From the NCBI RefSeq assembly GCF_038025025.1, contig NW_027117343.1, positions 1 to 64,000 of the forward strand: 64,000 nucleotides of DNA, in the 5' to 3' direction. The notes beneath the pieces are model-generated. The model had not been told where the DNA came from. It worked only from the letters and a program-made list of their open reading frames with translations, and ran no database searches. The stretch comes from Phyllosticta citribraziliensis. Lineage: Eukaryota. Below, piece after piece: positions 23,466 through 34,981 of the stretch. Position numbers and translations under genes: made by a program. Each line of letters begins with the position of its first letter. Within the stretch, counting starts at the first letter, position 1.

Positions 23466-26400
23466 ATGGCGTCCGGGGACTGGCTCAGCGCTGAAGAGTT
23501 GGAGCGCATGGACCGCAACGCTCTCGCCATGGATCTCGGGCTCTTTGACAAGACACTACAAAAAGCACCATACACTGCCCGCTTTATCCCTCCGGAACGC
23601 TTTCACACTCCCACTCCTTCCGATCAAGCCTCGCCTCCATTTGTCAATGCAGAAAGAGAAAATCGGGGTCGCTTGGCTTGGGAGAACAAACACCGGCAGG
23701 CTCTTGAAGATCAAGGTTGTCCTCCATGCTGCCCCAGCAATGTCCAGTTCCCTTACAACAGTCCGCCAGCTGAGTATGAAGGCATCGTCAATTGGTGGAA
23801 GAGCAGAGGCCAACCATACATTCTTGCGTCACAGCTAGAAGATTGGGAGGATTTCTGCGAATGGCGCAAGGATGCTCGACCACAGTTCAAGCACCATTTC
23901 CCCATCTACGTGGACAAACTTCGCGCGAGACGTGAGCACTTTGGTCTGGAAGGTGAGGTTCATTTGAAACGCAAGATTCGGCACCAAAGTCGGTTGCAAA
24001 ATTGGATTGAATTCCAAGATTACCACCATCGAATCCAGGCATATCGCGAGATGGAAAGTGAGGAGGCACAAGCGAAAGAGGATCGCAAAATCTTGTTACA
24101 GTGGATCGAGGAGCAGCGCAAAAGAATGGTCGCTGAAGAGGCTGAAGCGACGAGGGACCAGATGAGAGCAGGACTACTGTAAGACTCAACCATATTCAAG
24201 CCCTTGTGGCCCATGCTGACAGTGTACCTTCCTCCAGACGTCCCCTTCAACACCAATCGGATTCTACCGACCTCTCTTCTGAAGACTCGTTTGATCCTGA
24301 AGCCTTCTCAGAGGCGGTCGGAAGAAGTCTGGCGCGTATTGCTCGTCCTCTAGATCTTGATGCCTTGGACCAACGCTTGGAAAACGCGTCCACCCCTCGC
24401 TGGGCCTCTCCTGGACGCTTTGTTACACCCGAGCACTTGACACCCGAATCGCAACGAACGCGCACTGCAAGTCCTGACAATCCAGAGCGAAGACGTCAGT
24501 GGGGCGTAGCTCTGGAAAACAAGGCACGGAAGACTCTCGAGGATAGTGGATGTCCTCCATGTTGTCCTATTGATATCGAATACCCTTACAGAAGGGCTCC
24601 CAGACGCTATATCGACATTATGAAATGGTGGAAAACTCAGTCTGAGGCAATTTTCAAGGAGCGCAATTGGATCCACCAGGCCCACCTAAAAGACTGGGAA
24701 AAGTTCTGCAGATGGCGCAATCAGCGTCGACCACAGCGATCCACTAGACAGGCTTTCAGTAGCTTTCTGGACGAATTTCGAGAAAGAAGAAGACAGTTTG
24801 GCCTGGAAGGTGAAGTTCACCTCGAAGCGGAGGTCGAAAACCAGACACAACTACAGAATTGGATCGAATATCAAGACTTTCATCATCGAGTGCAAGCACG
24901 TCTTGAGCAAGAACCCTACAAAGACTGGGTCGAACAACACAATGCCGTGCTGCCCTGGATCGAAGAGCAGCGCAAGATCATGGTTGCCCAAGAGGAAGAA
25001 GCGAAATCTGGACCAACGACGGAGCACGCGGCATGGGTTGACTACGCGATCTCACGTTTGGTCCGCGAAGGCAAGTGAGTGTATCCCGGATAGCGGCCTG
25101 CAGTGGATCAAGTTCAATTCTGACACAAATCTTACAGCACGGTCTCTCTCCCTGACGATGTTGAGCGTACAGAAGAGCAAATGAACGAATTGGTAGCAAG
25201 ACTACGGTAAGAGTGCGGCGCTTCAAATCCCTCGTGTCAAATGCTGACCTGGTGTATTGAAGATCTTCTCCCAGTCTTGTACCGGAAGAGAAATCGCATC
25301 CTCCCGACCCAGATGCCTTGACCACAGCCTTGGAAATCGCCTTGGCTCAACCGTATACCAGACCCGCTTCTCCTGGAGCTGCCTCTTCTGGGAGTGGCGA
25401 GACAACTCCCGATCCCAATTCAGAGGGAGCACTAGAAGAGCACTTGCAATACTGCCGAGAGAATATGGTCCACGAAAACGAAGCTCGGAAGCGAATGGAA
25501 GAAATTGGATACCCTCCATGCTGCCCTGCCAACTTTGAATTCCCGTATGACGACAATCTGGGCGAATACGAAGACATAATCAAAGCTTGGAAAGAGGTTG
25601 GCCGAGACTATCGTGTCCTTTGCGTCCAACTTACAAATTGGTCAGAGTCTCGCAGATACCGGAAGCTGTATCGGCCAAAGCACTTGACAAGGGCCGCCTT
25701 TTCCCGCTACCAGGACGAGCTACGATTGAGGCGACGTAAACACAGGCTGCAGGGTGATGTCAGTCTTGCAGCTGATGTAAACAGCCAAACCTTTTTGCAA
25801 AATTGGATCGAATACCAAGACCACCATCTCCGGAGGTTCGAGCAAGCTGAGAGGAACCTCGAACAAGCGAAAAGGGAGTACGGGCCTGGCACGTTTGGAT
25901 ACTTCCGGAACCTTGTTGAGACTCATTGGGTCTTGTCGCAATGGACAGAGGAGCAGCGCAAAATCATGGTTAACGAAGAAGCCGAAACCAATGCTGCAGC
26001 GGAGACACGACCGGCCCCAGTCCCCACAGAACAAACGAAACAATCGCGAAGTCAAAAAAACTCCAGCAGAAAGAAGACAGCGGTGGCGAAATCCATCTCG
26101 CTGGAGCGTAACCCTCCATCCAGGAAACGCCGCCACCAACCGCAACTTGAGGAAGCCGACGCGGACGCAGACGCGCCTCCAAGCAAAATCAGGCGCACAT
26201 CCAAGGCATCGCAGGCACCCAAAGCAAAGACTTCAAAGAACACCGGTGCTCCTGCTCCTCGTCGCAGCACCCGCCAACCACCAGAAAGTTCTCAAACAGC
26301 ACAAAGGGCGACCAAGAACACGACGAGAGAACCGGCCGCGGCAAGCGGAGGTAGCAAAACTACTCGCGAAAGTGCTCGTCAAGTACAGCAAACCGGCAAA

Positions 26401-27090
26401 CCAGCAAGAAGAGGGCGTAGGAAAGCACAGGAAACGGCGGAACCGGCGAAGAAGACGACAGAATTTACTGCCTCGAATGAAACTGCAACCACTGCAGGCC
26501 GTAGAACTCGACAGGCACCGCAGACTACCGAGCCAGGGCAAACAGCGCCCGCGAAGAAGACCAATGGACCCGCCGCCGCCTCCTCCTCAAATGCCCCCAT
26601 AACTGCCATCGCAGCGACAACATCCGGCCGCAGACCACGCACTCGCCTCGCACAACAAGCCCCCGAGCAAGCACCATTGCCAAACCCTCCCAAAACGAAG
26701 ACGGAGAAACCAGGCCTCGCGAACACAACAGCAAGCACGAGAGCAACCCAGTCATCTACCAACCCTCAACACCACGAGCAGGCCCCGGAGCCGGTCGCAG
26801 CAACAACAACGCCTGTACGCCGCGGACGGACGAGCAAGTCACGCTCAGCCGCCACCGGCGCTACCGCCGCAGCTGTTGAAGCAAAATCAGAGCCAGCACC
26901 AGCGGCAGCGGCGGCAGTTGGACAACGGGCGCCTGTTCGAAAGACGCATCCCAAGCCCGAGCCGGTGCAAAATACGACACGAGGCGCGCGATCTACGAAG
27001 CAGGCGCAAGAAGCTGCAGCGGCAGCGCCGCCGCCGCCGACGACGACAAGGCGCAGCGGACGGACGGGTGCGAGGACGGGCAGGAGATGA
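23466..27090 (+). CDS. Uncharacterised ~1148-aa protein: three tandem G(C/Y)PPCCP...QNWIE(F/Y)QD domains plus a basic low-complexity tail (4 exons)
   Basis: Exons 23466-24178, 24238-25074, 25138-25206, 25263-27090. Introns 24179-24237 (GTAAGA..GCTGAC..CAG), 25075-25137 (GTGAGT..CTGAC..CAG) and 25207-25262 (GTAAGA..GCTGAC..AAG) are all phase 2 and join the three track ORFs in frame (3447 nt). Confidence 0.85.
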
Positions 27091-28538
27091 GGAAGAGGCG
27101 AGAGCGATAATGAGGTCGGGGGAGTTGGAGGAGGAGCGGGAGATACAGGGACAAGGCAGCAGTAGACGAGGTCGTTTTTTGTCGGGATGTAGTTGGGTCA
27201 TTTGACTTTCCAATTCCTTTCTTCTCCAAAGACATGCCTTTCTCTTTGTCCATAAGATGTACATGCACTGCGCTTCTCCAGGTCCCATGCTGGGATAAGA
27301 GGATCTGGTCTGTCTGTCGCGTCGGCGCAAACCGCAACAACGCTGCTTTGTGTGCGCAGGGTGGATAGATCCGCCGGGGCGAAAAAGGTCGGGAGCAGTC
27401 AAAGTGCAAGACGGAAGACGCAGAGCATATGGACCAGAGACGACGGTGTGGGGGCGAGGGAAATCAGGGTATATTTACTTCATTGCGTTGCTATACAAGG
27501 TAGGTACATAAATGGTAGCGGTCTGATCTATTCCGCAGCTTTCAATTTCAACAGGAGCTGCTTTATCCACCTCCTCCTCTTCCTCCCCATGGACTCAAAA
27601 TCCGCATACCGACTGAAAGAAGTTTGAAGAAGGGGGGGTCGTGACACTTGAAAGAAGAGATCAAAGATGAAGGAAGGCTAAATCGCTAAGTAAATGTCCA
27701 AAGGAGAGAAGTGTGGTGCAAGAAGAAGGAGAAGAAGCGACAAGTTGCAAAGACGAGAAGGTAGTGGTATCTCTCTAGTAGGTGGTGGTGTCGGTAGTGT
27801 TTGAATGTAAACAGGAGAAGAGAAGGTCGAAGGAAGGAAGGAAGGAAGGAGTCGTCGTGGTCGATTCAATGCAATTAAGAGTTGAGTGAGATGCGAATGG
27901 TAAATTGGATGCCGATGATGCCGACGCTGAATGGAAAATGGAAAAATGCACATGAATGGCTTGCGCTGCCCAGTCTCACGCAAGTTCTGCCATGTCGCTG
28001 TTGTCTGCCGCGGCGGGCTTGGTGTTGACTGGTCTTTGGGCTGGCAGAAAAAAAAGTCTCGTCTGGTACCGCAGTGGTTTCGCGCCATTCTGCGATGAGT
28101 GAGACGTCGACGACGGGGCCTTGGTCGTGAAGTGTCGAATTCTGTCCTGTGGGCCATACCAAGGACCCTGGTTGCTCAGTCTGACTTCGGCGACTGTCGG
28201 ACAATGGTGCTGGTGGCTGATTGGCGGGCTCGCTCTTGATCAACTGAGCCCCGCCTCGGTGTCACGACCGATACAGTACAAAAGTACCTGTCCTCGGGCG
28301 GACTCTAGTCGGTTCAATTGAAAACCTGGACCTTGACAAACGAGGGGTGACGACACTTTTCGCAGCCAACGTGGGTCGCAACCGTCACGGTCTCGGTAGC
28401 TGCATCGACAGTGTGAGCATGCTCCCTCCGATTCACACACAGCGCCGGTCTCTTGGGCCTCGACAGGTCGAAAAGCTCGTGGTCAGACTGCCGCTTCAGG
28501 GCCCGAGGCGTCTCACCGCCGACGCTGTGTCTTGATTG

Positions 28539-29243
28539 TCAAAAGTCTTGCACCCCCGTCTCGCCGGTGATGGCGGGGGTTCCCGGTCCCGAGTGCACCA
28601 ACGCAGGGTCCTCTCCGTCGAAATACTGGTCCTGCGCCGTTCGCTCTTCCTCGGCCACATCGTCCCACTCGTCACTCTCGTCGACCTCCTCGTAGCGAAA
28701 GTCGCGGTCCTCGCCGCGCAAAAAGCGCTGCGTCATGTCGTCCCGCCACCGCGCCAGGCCCTCTTCCTTTGTCATGTTCGCCAGCTCGTCGGCCTCGTCC
28801 TCGAGCACTTGGATCTCGCCGTTGGATCTCCGCCTGACGGCTACGCTGCTGCCATCTGGGTTGTGGAGGGCGGCCAGCTTGGCCTCGGAGCGCAAGAGGT
28901 CGGCTTCGAGCACGCCGCTGTAGCCCTTGGCGCGGCCTTCGGCCTCGCGTTCGGCAGGAGTCTGGAATCGACGGACAAGACGGTCGTAGAGGAGCGGGTC
29001 GGCCAGCTCGAGGCCCGAGTTGAAGTATTCGGGGTGGGTGTCGAGGTAGCGCTTGCGGCGGTTCTTGACGCGGATGCGGTGTTGGCGGGCTTTGGCTTGT
29101 TGGTCGTCTCGCGAGAGGTGGTGTTGTATTTCGGAGGTTTGTGGGGTGGAGAGGCTGGCTGCTGATGCGGCATCGATCTGCATGGGCTCGGGGTCGTGGG
29201 CGTGCATGGTGTCTGGAGCAATGGTGCGGTCGAGAAAAGGCAT
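28539..29243 (-). CDS. CCDC97-like (DUF2052) coiled-coil protein
   Basis: RIRVKNRRKRYL, ADPLLYDRLVRRFQ, MTQRFLRGEDRDFRYEEVD and AQDQYFD motifs; single exon. Confidence 0.85.
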   Translation of the reverse strand: MPFLDRTIAPDTMHAHDPEPMQIDAASAASLSTPQTSEIQHHLSRDDQQAKARQHRIRVKNRRKRYLDTHPEYFNSGLELADPLLYDRLVRRFQTPAEREAEGRAKGYSGVLEADLLRSEAKLAALHNPDGSSVAVRRRSNGEIQVLEDEADELANMTKEEGLARWRDDMTQRFLRGEDRDFRYEEVDESDEWDDVAEEERTAQDQYFDGEDPALVHSGPGTPAITGETGVQDF

Positions 29244-29817
29244 GTCCGTCGCGGTGGGCTGCTCCTACGACTGGACGATGTTGGTTGGGAGTGGAGGAGG
29301 AGTGAAGGACGCCGTGGACGGAAATGGGAGAGTCAGAGTCGTTTGTAGGCGAGGGTCGGGTCGGTGGAGACGGTGGACAGGCCGGTGAGGGACGGGGAGC
29401 GTGTGAGTTGCGATGTGCAGAGCAGGCGACCCGAAGCGGCGACGGTGATGTCAATCAGGCCCACCGACGCCGCCGTCCCGACATCCGACCTGAACCCTGG
29501 GCTGCATCTCAACCCCTGCATGCACCCGACCACCACCCAGGACCCTTCAACACCATGGCCGCCGCTCCACCACGCCTCGACAACCACAACGACCCCTCGC
29601 CCTCCTTTGGCCGCTCGCTGCTCCTGTCGCTCCACTACTGCTGCTCCTTTTTTGTCATGTTCTACCGCATCCTCTGCTGTCGCTTCTAACCCAACCTTCA
29701 CCCTCCCATCTCGCCTTTGATACCCCATCCGTCTTGTTCCGCCCGCCAGCTGTCCTTTTAACCACAACTATAAATATCACCACATCACCACCTCTTTTCG
29801 GACGTCCCCCTCCCCAC

Positions 29818-29841
29818 TTCTTCTTCTTCTTCTTCTTCTTC
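29818..29841. repeat. (TTC)8 microsatellite upstream of the spermidine-synthase-like gene
   Basis: Direct reading. Confidence 0.9.
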
Positions 29842-29890
29842 GCTCGCTCACAGTCCTGGGTGCTGGCCGCCCGTTCCTCTTCTCCCCGCC

Positions 29891-31585
29891 ATGGCCGCCA
29901 AACAAAAAACCGTCCGCAAGCCCAAGTCGGCCGACTCGTCCTCCACCAATGCCGCGCCCTCGCCGCTCGTCGCCATCACAAAGGCCTCCGCCCTCATGGT
30001 CGTCGCCGGCGTCGCTTCAGCCGTGTCTCAGCTGACTCTCTCCCCCGTCTACGGCAGCATCCCGGCCTCCATCTGGCACTCCAAGGCCGTCCTCTCCTGC
30101 CTCCTCGTAGCCGTCGTGTCCAAGGGTGCCCTCAAAAACGTCCTGGGCCCTCGGACCAGCCGCTGGATCCCCGTGTTGGCCTTTTGGAGCCAGCCGATGC
30201 AGGCGTTGCTATTTCGGTACAGTGCTAGTCTCGGTGCCATCTACGGCCCCGTGGTCACTGAAGCTTTGACCCTTTTCCCTGTTCTGCTGCTGTCAATCTA
30301 TTGTGCCATTGATCTTCTCGATACTTGCAAAATTTCGAGCTTCAACTCCACCTTTGCTGAGATCATCTCTCCCTTGGCTTGCTACGTCACCTTTTCATCC
30401 GCCGAAAACTTCGTCACTGGTCTGCTGCCCCCGTTGATGGGCAGCAACCCTTTCCTTACCCGATCCGGACTTTCTTTCCTGGTTGCCGCTCTCTACGCTG
30501 TCCTGTCTCCTTCCGCGCTTCTGCTGTTGATCCTGCCGGCTCTTTTCCACTCTGTGCGGCTCAACCCGCACTTCCCCGGCTCTGCCAACTTTGCCGTCTT
30601 GAACCAGACCCTGAACGAGCACAACTACACCATCCTCGAGCGCCGCGAATCCCTTACCGGCTATGTATCGGTCCTCGAGTCGCAGGAGAGCTATTTCCGC
30701 ATCCTTCGCTGCGACCACAGCCTGCTCGGCGGCGAATGGAAGGTGACGCCTGCGCGCATGGAGAGCGGCCAATGGCATCCCGAGCCCATCTACTCCGTCT
30801 TTGCAATGCTCGAAGCCGTCCGCCTGGTCAAGACGGGCCCAGCAGATGAACAGCGCCCCGACAGCGAAAAGACGGCCTTGAACATTGGCCTCGGCATAGG
30901 CACAGCCCCGGGAGGGATGATGCGTCACGGCATCAATACCACCATCGTGGAGCTCGACCCAGCCGTCCACGCCATGGCGACCAAGTACTTTGGACTCCCC
31001 AGCAACCACACGGCCGTGATATCCGACGCGGTGCCGTACGTCGCGTCGACGGCCGCCGAGCGCCCGGGCTCCTTCAACTACATCATCCACGACGTCTTCA
31101 CGGGCGGCGCCGAGCCGGCCGCGCTCTTCACGTTCGAATTCCTCGCAGGCCTCAAGACGCTGCTCAACCCGACCGACGGCGTCGTCGCCATCAACTACGC
31201 GGGCGACCTCAAACTGCCGACGACGCGGCTCGTCCTGCACACGATCCACGCCGTGTTCCCGTCGTGCCGCATCTTCCGCGACCACGAGCCGGCGCAAGAA
31301 AAAGACGGCAGCGACTTCATCAACATGATCGTCTTCTGCCGGCCCGTCGCCGAGCCGATCCGCTTCCGGCAGCCCGAGGAGCCCGACTTCCTCAACAGCC
31401 GCGTCCGCGAGCGCATGCTGTTCCCCCGCTCCAGCTGGGAGGTGCCGTTCACGCCCGACGCCGACGCCGACGTGCTGCGGCGCGGTGGCGAGGCGGTGCT
31501 CGAGCGCGGCCACCAGAAGAGCGCTGTTGAGCATTGGGGCATCATGCGCATGGTCATTCCGGCCGCCGTGTGGGAGCTGTGGTGA
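29891..31585 (+). CDS. Membrane-anchored spermidine-synthase-like SAM-dependent transferase
   Basis: N-terminal hydrophobic helices; LRCDHSLLGG; SAM-binding ALNIGLGIGT, IVELDPAVH, YIIHDVFTGG. Confidence 0.88.
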   Translation: MAAKQKTVRKPKSADSSSTNAAPSPLVAITKASALMVVAGVASAVSQLTLSPVYGSIPASIWHSKAVLSCLLVAVVSKGALKNVLGPRTSRWIPVLAFWSQPMQALLFRYSASLGAIYGPVVTEALTLFPVLLLSIYCAIDLLDTCKISSFNSTFAEIISPLACYVTFSSAENFVTGLLPPLMGSNPFLTRSGLSFLVAALYAVLSPSALLLLILPALFHSVRLNPHFPGSANFAVLNQTLNEHNYTILERRESLTGYVSVLESQESYFRILRCDHSLLGGEWKVTPARMESGQWHPEPIYSVFAMLEAVRLVKTGPADEQRPDSEKTALNIGLGIGTAPGGMMRHGINTTIVELDPAVHAMATKYFGLPSNHTAVISDAVPYVASTAAERPGSFNYIIHDVFTGGAEPAALFTFEFLAGLKTLLNPTDGVVAINYAGDLKLPTTRLVLHTIHAVFPSCRIFRDHEPAQEKDGSDFINMIVFCRPVAEPIRFRQPEEPDFLNSRVRERMLFPRSSWEVPFTPDADADVLRRGGEAVLERGHQKSAVEHWGIMRMVIPAAVWELW

Positions 31586-32367
31586 GCGGGGTCTCCGTGC
31601 GCTGGTAGGTCGAGTCGACGGCGTTTCGCGGCGGTGTAGATATCAAACTACAAAATTCCCATGGCTTTCTGCGTTGGTGGGCTTTGTTAAAATTTTGTTG
31701 TTTTGTCGGCGTTTGTTTCCGTCTGGGTGCAATATTCGCCTCGGCGAATTCAAAATAAGTAAATGTAGACACGCGCGTGGATCCGTAGTCTGAACTCAAC
31801 AAGCCACAATTTAAAAAAAAGAGCTGCTCGCGCGCACAGCGTGGAGAATCTTGATCGAGTCTACTGACGACCTACGTACGTCGACTGCAAAGCATAGCCA
31901 CATCTCATCTAAACCACGCATAACCGTTTGTCTTTACGTTTCGTTTCATCTCGTCTCGTCTCTTCATGCGCAAAACCCCGTGTATGTAAATATGTATGCA
32001 ACTCTTTTCGACCCGACGCCTGGCAAATCGATTGCAAGAAACTCCGACACCGGCGGCGCATCCGCTCGTGCCGCCCATGTGTATACGTACTACATAGTCG
32101 AACCAGCAGCTCGCCACCTGCCGACCTGTCTGCAGTAGTGGAGACGAGACGAGCGGGCCGTCAGGTAGGACAGCAGACAGCCAGTGCGGCGGACGAACAG
32201 ACGGCCGGACGGACCACGAACCACCACCGAACCAACGCCTCGACGCACCGCTCGCCAGCGACACCATGAGCGCGCACCGCTTCCGCCAAGCCGTCGGATC
32301 GCGTTCCGACGACACTCCTTGTAGTCCGTATGGCGAGGACCCTGAGTTTGTAGGGGAAGGGGCTCGC

Positions 32368-33481
32368 TTAGAAGCAAAAGACTTGGTCCTCGAGCTTCGA
32401 GACGGGGCGAGCCTTGGTGTAGCCCAGGTTCTCCGTGGCCTTCTTCATGGCCGACACCATGGGCGGAGGACCGCAGACGAGGATCTTGACGTCGGAGGCG
32501 GGGGCGGGGAATTTTTCCTAAGACTGTGTCAGCGAGTGAAGATTTGGACTTTTTGAGGGGACATTCGCACCTTGAGCATGTCGGCCGTGACGAAGCCGAC
32601 GCCGCCGGTCCAGCCCTCGGGCGGGTTGTTCAGGACGTAGTGAACGCGGAAGCCGCTGTCCTTCTTGGCCAGCGCGTCCAAGTCCTCCTTGAGCAGAATG
32701 TCCTCCTGGTTGACGTTGGCAAAGACCAGGTCGACCTCGGTGCGGTCGCCGGCCTGGCGGCCGCGCTCAATGGCCTTGATGATCTGCAGCATGGGCGTGA
32801 TGCCCGTGCCGCCAGCAATCATGCCAAAGTGGCGCACCATGTTGGGCGTGTAGACCATGGCGCCCTTGGGGCCCTTGACCTTGATCTTGTCGCCAATCTT
32901 GAGCGACGCGACGTACTTGGAGATGTTGCCCGTGGGGTATGCCTTGATGAGCAGGTCGACGCGGCCGACGTCCTCGTCCGAGGAGACGGGAGTGTAGGAG
33001 CGCACGACTTCCTTGGTCTGGCCGGGCAGCATGGTGCCAATGGAAAGATGCTGGCCAATGGGCAGGCCGAGGATGTCGTTGGAACGGGGGAGAGCGAAGC
33101 GGTAGCTAGAGAGGCTCGGTCAGTTTGCGTCCAGACTCACAGCCAGCGGTGACTTACATGGCCGTGTTGTGGCTGAGGACCGTCTTCTCGGTGAGAGGAA
33201 TCTCTTGGAAGACATCAGGCCTCAGGAACCTGCCCGGCTCTGTCAATTGGTGTGTGAGCTTTCCGCAAATCTCGTGTTGAGCTCCAAGAGCTCTGGTGGG
33301 GTGGCTGTGGACGGGGCGTACGGTTGCTAAAAACCTTCCATCCGCCCAGCGCCGCGGCAATGAGCACGGCGAAGGGAGCCCATTCCTTCTTGACGATGAG
33401 AGTGCCGACAATGAGCAGGGCCGACGGAATGTAGACGCCGTGGACGTATTGCGGCGCGAACGCCCCAGCAGAGTTGGACAT
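32368..33481 (-). CDS. CBR1: NADH-cytochrome b5 reductase
   Basis: N-terminal anchor [54 protein letters not shown]-terminus DQVFCF; three introns. Confidence 0.93.
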
Positions 33482-33851
33482 TTTGGCGTGTCGGCGGTTC
33501 AACAAGCTCCGAGGCGGAAGGTGGGTTCGGTTGCGGTGCGATTGAGGAGGACTCGACGACGGCGACGGCGGCGACGAGAGAGAGTTGAGGAGGTCGGTGA
33601 ATAAATACCTTGTTGGCACTGGACTGCAGAGGTCAGAGTCAGGCCAGCGGAGCGGTTGAGATGGATGCGAAAAGCGCGCGCGTGTGGGGATGGGGAACTG
33701 CGAGGCCGGCGCTTTTTGGCCACATGGGGCAACGAGATCCGCACGGCAGGCCAACCCGCCCAAGCTCCAAGCTCCACGCTCCAAGATAGATACGTCCATC
33801 TCTCACGCCTCGTCCATCAACGCTTCAAATGCACACTGGTTCCCTCCGACC

Positions 33852-34665
33852 ATGAGCGGAATCGCCCCGTCTGCAGGAAACCCAGTCCCGCCCGACGACA
33901 ATGACGACTCCTACGCCAATGCCTCCATCGACCACATCCATGCCGAGCACCCACATTTAACCGTACGCCATCCACCACGATCCCTCGGCCACTGATTCCC
34001 GCACCCCCTTGACCCCTTCCTACCCCTAGTGATACGTACTTACCCCTCTCCAGCCGCTGGACCTCCAAATCCTCTCTCTCCCCTCCGACGACCATTACAC
34101 CCCACACACCTGGTCAAACCTGCAACAGCTCCTCGGCTCCAACTCGCTGCACCTGCTGGCCCGCTCGCCTTCTCAGCTACGAGCCTACCTCGCCTGGACA
34201 CGCCGGATCCGCGCCGACTACGGCTCGCTCACAGATTACATCCTCGCCGAGCGCCTGCACTGGACCCCGCTGCCAGACGACGCGGAGGGAGCGCCGCCCC
34301 GCTTCCAAGTCCAAAACCCGACGCCCTTTGCCGACCCGGCCGACTATGCCGTTCTGCGGAATGACTGGCCGTACGGTCTGGAGGCGGGCATCACGCATCT
34401 CTGCGTGTGGCTCAAGACTCCGACGCCCATCAGGCCGGAAGACGGCGACCTGACGGACGAGGCGCGAGCCCTGGTTGAAGAGTTTGTGACGCGCGAGTTT
34501 CGGCGTGCCGTTGGAGAGGTGGATGAGGAAGGCAGGGGGGAGAAGGGCGAAAAGGTGCTGTGGTTCAAGAATTGGGTTGCTCTGCAGAGCGTCCGAGGCG
34601 TGGATCACGTGCATGTGCTTGTGAGAGGAGCAGAAGAAGAGGTCCTGCGGATGTGGCTGAATTAG
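33852..34665 (+). CDS. DUF3605 / GIG1-like HIT-fold protein
   Basis: Spliced (intron ~33963-34053): YILAERLHW, LRNDWPYGLEAGITHLCVWLK, WFKNWVALQSVRGVDHVHVLV. Confidence 0.85.
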
Positions 34666-34981
34666 GAATGATGTTGCTGGGCCTTAGATGGTGAGTCGGG
34701 TTGTTAACCTGCTGTTCATATTTTCTTTTTCCACATCCTTTTTGCGAGGCGAGTCACTGCCCCACAGATTCGGAGCCTGGAAATGAGCTCCATTGACCAT
34801 GAATGACTTGTCGTTTTGTCCATTAGATCACCTCCTAGAAGAGCTGGAATCAGTCTTTACTTCCTCTGGTTTGAGCTGCTTCGTGGCAAGGGCGCTCGTT
34901 TCCTCCACCACAGAACCACGTTATAAAAAGTCACAACGCGCTCCCTAATAGCTGTCTTAGCAAGCCAATCCACCTCCCGCA

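Noticed and set aside
23460..27090. Three independent tandem genes, as the ORF track suggests
   Set aside because: ORFs 2 and 3 start at GTG/TTG in the track, and canonical introns join all three in frame
17000..27500. Starship or other transposon carrying the kinase cassette
   Set aside because: No tyrosine recombinase, transposase, TIRs or target duplications visible in the window
30395..31534. 379-aa antisense ORF (and similar ones at 36047-37113, 43571-44196, 56450-57196)
   Set aside because: Shadow ORFs of GC3-rich sense genes
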